Positions 39,401-45,807 of a stretch of 45,807 nt of DNA are shown here, in pieces. Source of the stretch: Chiloscyllium plagiosum (taxonomy: Eukaryota); assembly GCF_004010195.1 (NCBI RefSeq), contig NC_057719.1, positions 43,454,732 through 43,500,538 of the forward strand, written 5' to 3'. A program made the position numbers and the translations under genes. The notes under the pieces were generated by a model, which saw only the letters and a list, made by a program, of their open reading frames with translations, was not told where the DNA came from and ran no database searches. Within the stretch, counting starts at the first letter, position 1; every line of letters begins with the position of its first letter.

Positions 39401-41351
39401 ACAGCATATTGTATCTGGATGGGGTGGATCTAGATAGGGTTGACTTGAACTTGTTCTGATGGCCCCTGATTCATTTTTCAAAACTATACAAATGAGATTA
39501 TAAGAGGAAAAAGTACAGTAAGATGGATCACATTTTAAGTGTATTTTCTAAGACTGATAAGTAAATATTATAAGCCTTTTACATGCAATTTTCCCCTCTG
39601 GTCAGTCATGCAACATACTATATAATGCAAAAAACCTAGCTGAAACGTAGCACATGAACCAGTCACATTTTTGGTTGCATTTGGAGAATAATAAGTTATA
39701 AACCATACTCAAAGTTCTATAATACTAATCTGCTCCCATTACCTATAAAAGGTGAGAATATTGTAGAATATAAAACAAAAAAAAATTCTTAATTTAAGGT
39801 GACTTAAAAATATCCCAACCCATTTCGGTCAGAAATTCTGTTCTATTTAAATTGTACCACACAAAGCATAAATACTGTGATTTAAAAATAAATTATTGTT
39901 GTAAGCTGCAAGTACTTTTCAGAAACTAGGCACCTATTGTCAGTCACTTTGCAAAATTGGCTAAAATCAAACGACAGTTGAAGTCAATATGCAAAGCAAG
40001 AGTTATATTGCAAAAATTGTCAACTATATTTGGTAATGGTAAATAATGCATTCACCTACTATCGGAAAGCAAGCAAATATGGAAAGCATCTTAACCAAAT
40101 CAATATGTTTTTGAAAACACCTCTATTTCCAGTTTGCTGCGTTAGAAGAATCTGTTTTATTTATGCTACCTCACGCTAGAATTTAATTTAATAACGCCAA
40201 TCCATAAAAGGTTACTTACAAGAAAGATAATTTAAAATCTAATAAACTGTGGATCTGCAAGGAATGTAATTGAATCAATTTCAAAGTAAAATAGTTTCAC
40301 CTGTAACAATGTTTTTGAGAGATCTGTCATGGCATTTTTCTCCCCAAAACTGATAGTTAGATAAACACAAAAAAAAGATGCTTGTTCTCTTGGACAACAT
40401 CGTAAACATAAAGTGACCATTCAAACCATACTTCTGATTTTCTGTGACAAAAGCTTACACTCAGACTATATATACAGAATTCTACCAATATGAATATTGC
40501 ACAATAAACGACTGCAGTTTAACGGTAGTTGTGTTTTATTATTAAATACACATCCGTTCAGCTTATTTATCCTTCTCTAATACCAAAATTACTTTCAGGT
40601 TGTTATTTGAAGAATGTAATGTAGTAGCTTTAGAACTAATTTTGAAGCCAAATGTTTGTTTGTTTTAAAAGCTGCAGAAACTTCAAAGCAGACAATGGAA
40701 ACATGGAGATTAAAAGGTAAATATCACAAAAACGTCTTTTTTAAAAAATGTTATATGAAGAAGATCATGAAATATTAGACAATGAAAAGAATTGAAGAAA
40801 ATAAAACAAAAGGAAATAGGAACATCAGTACGTCAATGCATGAAAATAATCAGAACAGTTTTGCGTGTGATTTCTTATTAAGAGTTCTTTTAGTCTGGAA
40901 TTAAGGGATTCAGGGCCCTAACATCATTGACAAGACATGTCATGCAAAAAGTGGCATAAACATCAATCACTTTTGCCTCACCTTTCGAGAATATTATATT
41001 TTCACAAAAAATTGCTGGACATTCTAATTAATAAGGGTCCACTGTTGTTTATCATTTACATAAATAATTCAGATGAAAATTTTGGAGCCATGGTTAGAAA
41101 GTAGGAGATAACACCAAGATGGGTGTTATAGTCGACAGTGAAAAAGATTATCTAAGATTATGAAGGGATCTTGATCAACTGGGCCAACGGGCTGCGGACT
41201 GGCAGGTGGAGTTTAATTTGGATAAACAAGAGATATTGCATTTTAGTAAGATGAACAAGGGCAGGACTTGTACAGTTAACAGTAGGGCCCTGGGTAGTGT
41301 TGTCAAACAGGACCTAGGAGTTCAGATACATAGCTCTTTGTAAATTGCGAC

Positions 41352-43335
41352 ACTCAGAGCGTGAGCAGATCAACCGGCAGACGTCTTCTCGGACATCTTC
41401 ACCCTCTCCCTGCTGCAGGCCACTGTCCCTGCCTGTTTCAAGAGTGTCAACATCAACCCTGTGCCTAAGAAGGCTCATGCAGCATATAATCAATGATTAC
41501 CGCCCAGTGGCCATAACTTCGGAGGTCATGAAGTACTTTGAAAGGTTGGTCATGGCATTAATCAACTCCAGCCTCCCCACTACTCTTGACCCACTGCAAT
41601 TTGCCTATTGGAGCAACAGATCCATATCAGGGGCCATATCATTTGCCCTTCCCTCCTCCATAGAATATCTTGACACCACGAACAGCTATGTAAGAATCAT
41701 ACTCGTTGACTACAGTACAGCCTTCAACACTATTATCCCGAGACTGATTACTAAACTTAGTGATCTTAGACTAAGCTCCACTCTCTGCAACTGGATCCTG
41801 TTTCCTGACCCACAGCCACAATCAGCGCAGATTGGGGACAATATCTCATCCTCACTAACACTCAACACTGGAGCCCCCCCAGGGGCTGTACTCAGCCCCC
41901 TACTGTACTCACTCTATACCCATGACTGCGTTGCCAATTATCAGACTAAGGCCATTTACAAGTTTGTTGATACTACCACTATAGTCGGTCGAATCTCAGA
42001 TGGCAACAAAATAGACTGCAGACGGGAGGTAGAAGACCTGGAAAAATGGTGCACTGAGAACAACCTAGCTCTCAATGCCAGCAAAACCAAGGAACTCATT
42101 ATTGACTTTCAGCAAAAGATTATTCATGCCCCCCTACACATTAACAGCATAGAGGTAGGACGAGTGGAGAGTGTCAAGCTCCAGGGAGTGGTCATCCACA
42201 ACAAGCTTTCTTGGACTCTTGATTGGACGCACTGGTTACAAAGGCCCAACAACTTCTCTTCTTCATCAGGCAACTGTTGTTAACTATTATTTACTTATCT
42301 GGATGCGGGTTTGCTTGCTGAGCTGGAAGATTATTTTCAGACATTTTGTCACCACAGTAGGTAACATCTTCAGTGAGTCTCTGAATGAAGCACTGGTGGT
42401 GTAGCCCACTTTCTATTTATATGTTTGAGTTCCCTAGGGTTAGTGATGTCATTTCCTGTGGTGACATTATTTCCTGTGGTGATGTCATTTCCTGTTCTTT
42501 TTCTCAGGGGGTGGCAAATGGGATCCAAGTCAATGTGTTTGTTGAGAGAGTTCAGGTTGGAATGCCATGTATCCTGGTGGCTAGTTTTTTTGCCTTTTGT
42601 CCTACTCAGACCCCTTGGCATCACGGTAGCCCACAAACCCAACAAACCACTAAAACAGCAGCTAATGAACTTGAAAGACCCGATACAGATAATAAGCAAA
42701 ACTAATGTCATTTACAAAATACCTTGCAAGAACTGTAACAAACACTATATTGGACAAACAGGCAGAAAACTAGCCACCAGGATACACGAACATCAACTAG
42801 CCACAAAATGACATGACCCACTCTCATTAGTATCCTTACATACGGATGAAGAGGGACAGCACTTCAACTGGGACAACACATCCACCCTAGGACAAGCCAA
42901 ACAGAGACACGCATGAGAATTCCTAGAATTGGCATTGCAACTGAAATTCTATCAACAAACACATTGACTTGGATCCCATTTACCACCCCCTGAGAAAAAG
43001 AACTGGAAATGACATCACCGTGGGAAATGATGTCACCACAGGAAATGACATCACTAACCCTAGGTAACTCAAATATATAAATAGAAAGTGGGCTACACCA
43101 CCAGTACTTCATTTGGAGGCTCACTGAAGATGTTACCTAGTATATTGACAAAATATCTGAAAACGAACCTTCCAGCTCAGTGAGCAAACCTACATCCAGA
43201 ACTTCAATCTGAGCTAGAAATCTTCTCAAAGCTCAATTTACTTATCTATGCTACTTAACTATGTGATCTGCCTGTATTGCTCGCAAGACAAAACTTTTCA
43301 CTGTGCCTCAGTACATGTGATAAAAATTCAATTCA
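41352..43335 (+). mobile_element. Rex1/Babar-clade LINE, 5'-truncated RT, itself split by a PLE
   Basis: NDYRPVAITSEVMKYFERLV, LDPLQFAY, DYSTAFNTI, GAPPGAVLSPLLYSLYTHDC, WCTENNLALNASKTKELIIDF; (aattc)n tail at about 43325-43335. Confidence 0.9.
42301..43235 (+). mobile_element. Penelope-like element F (family 2) with GIY-YIG endonuclease, inverted 5' arm and 12-bp TSD
   Basis: NVIYKIPCKNCNKHYIGQTGRKLATRIHEH; arm 42298-42570 is inverted to about 42930-43200; 35-nt tail; TSD atttacttatct at 42289-42300 and 43236-43247; decayed hammerhead at 43121-43160. Confidence 0.93.
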
Positions 43336-43865
43336 CAGATTGACAAGGTGGTTAAAAAGGTGTTTAGCATGCTTGCCTTCATTGCTTAGGCCACTGAGTA
43401 AAGGAGGCAGGGCATGATGTTCAGGTTGTACAGGACATTGTTGAGGGCACTTTGAGAGTACAGGAAGAATATTATTGAATTGACAAGGGTTCAGAAGAGA
43501 TTTACAAGAATGTTGCTGAGAGTGGAGATTTTGAGTTATAAGGAGATGCTGGACAGGCTTGCGCCTTTTTCACTGGAGCGTAGGAGGTTGAAGGCTGATC
43601 TTTTAGAGGTTTATAAAATTGTGAGGGGCATAGCTATGGTGAATAGCAAAGATCTTTTCCGAAGGGTAAGGGAGTTCAAAACTAGATGGCATATTTTTAA
43701 GTAGAGAGGATAAAGATTTAAAACGTACCTGAGGGGCAACGTTTTCAAACAGAGAGTGGTTCATGTGTGGAATGAATTGCCAGAAGAAGTAGTAGTACAT
43801 TTACAGTTACAACATTTAAAAGACATTTGGATAAATATGAGTAGAAAATGTATACAAAGAAAAAA

Positions 43866-45250
43866 GAAAATATACAGCCCAGGAACAGGCCCTTCGGCCC
43901 TCCAAACCTGAGCCGATCCAAATCTACTGTCTAAACCTGTCGGTCAATTCCTAAGCATCTGTATCCCTCTACTCCCCATCTACTCATGCATTTATCCAGA
44001 CACATCTTAAATGAATCTACCGTGCCTGCCTCCACCACCTCTGTTGGCAATGCGTTCCACATGCCCACCACCCTCTGTGTCAGTACTTGCCACGTGCATC
44101 TCCCTTAAACTTTCCACCTCTCACCTTGAAAGCGTGACCTCTCGTTATTGAATCCTTCACCCTGGGAAAATACTTGTCTCTATCCACCCTGTCTATACCT
44201 TTCATGATTTTGTAAACCTTAATCAGGTCCCTCCTCAATCTCCTTTTTTCTAATGAAAATAAACCTAACCTACTCAACCTTTCTTCACAGCTAGCACCTT
44301 CCATACAGGCAACATCCTCGTAAACCTTCTCTGCACCCTCTCCAAAGCGTCCACATCCTTTTGGTAATGTGGCGACCAGAACTGTACACAGTATTCCAAA
44401 TGCGGCCAAACCAATGTCTTGTACAACGTTAACATGACTTGCCAGCTCTTATGCTCAATACCCCTTCCAATGAAGGCAAGCATACTATATGCCTTCTTGA
44501 CCACTCTATCCACCTGTGCAGCAACCTTCAGGGTACAATGGACCTGCACTCCCAGATCTCTCTGCCCATCAACTTTTCCCAAGGCTCTTCCATTCATTGT
44601 ATAATTCGCTCTTGAATTAGTCTTGCCTAAATGCATCACCTCGCATTTGTCTGGATTGAAAACCATCTGCCACTTTTCCGCCCAACTCTTCAGTCTATCT
44701 ATATCCTCCTGTATTCTCTGACAGTGCCTTATGTTTTCTGCTACTCCACCAATCTTCGTGTCATCTGCAAACTTGCTGATCATACCAACAGTGCCCTCTT
44801 TCAGATCATTGATGTATAACACAAACAACGGTGGCCCCAATACTGACCCCTGTGGAACACCACTGGTCACCTTTCTCCATTTCGAGAAACTCCCTTCAAC
44901 TACTACTCTGTCTCCTGTTGCTCAACCAGTTCTTTATCCACCTAGCTAGAACACCCTGCACACCATATTACTTCATTTTCTCCATTAGTCTACCATGGGG
45001 AACCTTATCAAATGCCTTACTAAAGTCCATGTATGTGACATTAGTAGTCCTTCCTTCATCTATCAACTTGGTCACTTTCTTGAAGAACTCTTAAGTTGGT
45101 AAGGCACGATCTCCCCTGCACAATACCATGTTGCCTATCACTGATAAGCCCACTCTGTTCTAAATACAAATAGATCCTATCCCTCAGTACCTTCTCCAGT
45201 AACTTTCCAACCACTGACGTCAGGCACACTGGTCTGTAGTTACCCAGAAT
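43866..45250 (-). mobile_element. CR1 RT and 3' end, relatively young
   Basis: GNYRPVCLTS, TSGVPQGSVLGPPLFVLYINDL, SKFADDTK, HLEYCVQFWSP. Confidence 0.95.
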
Positions 45251-45507
45251 AGTTGAAACTTTATTGCTGGAACAGCACAGCAGGTCAGGCAGCATCCAGG
45301 GAACAGGAGATTCGACGTTTCGGGCACAGGCCCTTCTTCAGGAATGAGCAGAGAGTGTTCAGCAGGAGAAGATAAAAGGTAGGGAGGAGGGACTTGGAAG
45401 AGGGGCGTTGGAAATGTGATAGGTGGAAAGAGGTCAAGGTGAGGGTGATAGGTCGGAGTAGGATGGAGGCGGAGAGGTCAAGAAGAAGACTGCAGGTCAG
45501 GAAGGCG
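45251..45507 (-). mobile_element. PLE terminal repeat (family 1 relative) abutting the CR1
   Basis: tgctggaacagcacagcaggtcaggcagcatcc matches arms A-D and is followed by a purine-rich tract. Confidence 0.8.
45310..45345 (-). ncRNA. Minimal type I hammerhead ribozyme motif, fully intact
   Basis: Minus strand ATTC-CTGAAGA-a-GGGC ctgt GCCC-GAAAC-GTC-GAAT: helix I ATTC/GAAT, helix II GGGC/GCCC, palindromic ACGT helix III, GUC cleavage triplet. Confidence 0.78.
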
Positions 45508-45520
45508 ACCTCACTTTCTC

Positions 45521-45688
45521 CTGTATCCCATTGCAGACGACCTGCCCTCCCCCTGTCTGTATTCCATTGCAGACGCTCTGCCCTCCCACTGTCTGTATCC
45601 CATTACCGACGATCTGCCCTCCCCTGTCTGTATCTCATTGCAGACGATCTGACCCTCCCCCTGTCTGTATCCCATTGCAGACGCTCTG
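45521..45688. repeat. Minisatellite, about 36-bp unit, 4.7 copies
   Basis: Unit ctgtatcccattgcagacg(a/c)tctgccctccccctgt starting at 45521, 45557, 45593, 45628 and 45665. Confidence 0.92.
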
Positions 45689-45807
45689 TCTCCATTTGAC
45701 ATCTTATTGAATGACTATCCTGGTGCATGAGCAAACTGAGCTCCATCTCCTTCATCCGGTTCATTAGAATAGATTGCAATTTGTTGATGATCTCATACAG
45801 ATCCCTG

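Larger units (their letters stand above)
41075..43850 (+). mobile_element. CR1 fragment split by a Rex1/Babar insertion
   Basis: gataacaccaag..tggcaggtggagtttaat up to about 41351; resumes at 43336 (cagattgacaaggtggtt) with RVQKRFTRML. Confidence 0.85.

Noticed and set aside
41345..42283. 312-aa ORF as a host gene or retron-type RT
   Set aside because: It is a Rex1/Babar LINE RT with a frameshifted N-terminus and degenerate catalytic motif (KFVDTT in place of FADD), and is nested within a CR1.
45521..45688. 36-bp repeats resembling a CRISPR repeat in length
   Set aside because: Units are head-to-tail with no unique spacers, there are no cas genes, and the context is a vertebrate intron: it is a minisatellite.
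26753..45807. SOS2 exon 1 or promoter
   Set aside because: No CpG island and no frame resembling the SOS N-terminus (YEFFSEEN..KWRGL) was found.

Overview
This is AT-rich eukaryotic DNA from a cartilaginous fish. HE1-type V-SINEs, Deu-domain SINEs and abundant CR1 point to an elasmobranch (shark). The only host gene is SOS2 (Son of sevenless 2, a Ras/Rac GEF) on the minus strand. Seven GT-AG coding exons (orthologous exons 2-8; 126/132/165/204/144/111/99 nt, 327 codons, no stops) encode the histone-fold and most of the DH domain; exon 1 and exons 9+ were not found and are inferred to lie outside the window. The rest is intron filled with retroelements: CR1, L2, L1, Rex1/Babar, three or four SINE families and Penelope-like elements (PLEs). 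The most notable non-coding signal is six fold-back PLE insertions (about 157-935 bp) sharing one design: short inverted arm, long arm, 33-49 nt unpaired tail and a 12-15 bp target-site duplication. Most carry minimal hammerhead-ribozyme motifs. One separate motif (45310-45345) has a fully intact core and lies in the SOS2 sense orientation. PLE hammerheads are a known class, so any novelty concerns these particular families and their possible effect on the host transcript. All repeat names come from recognition by eye, not database search, and boundaries of old repeats are approximate.
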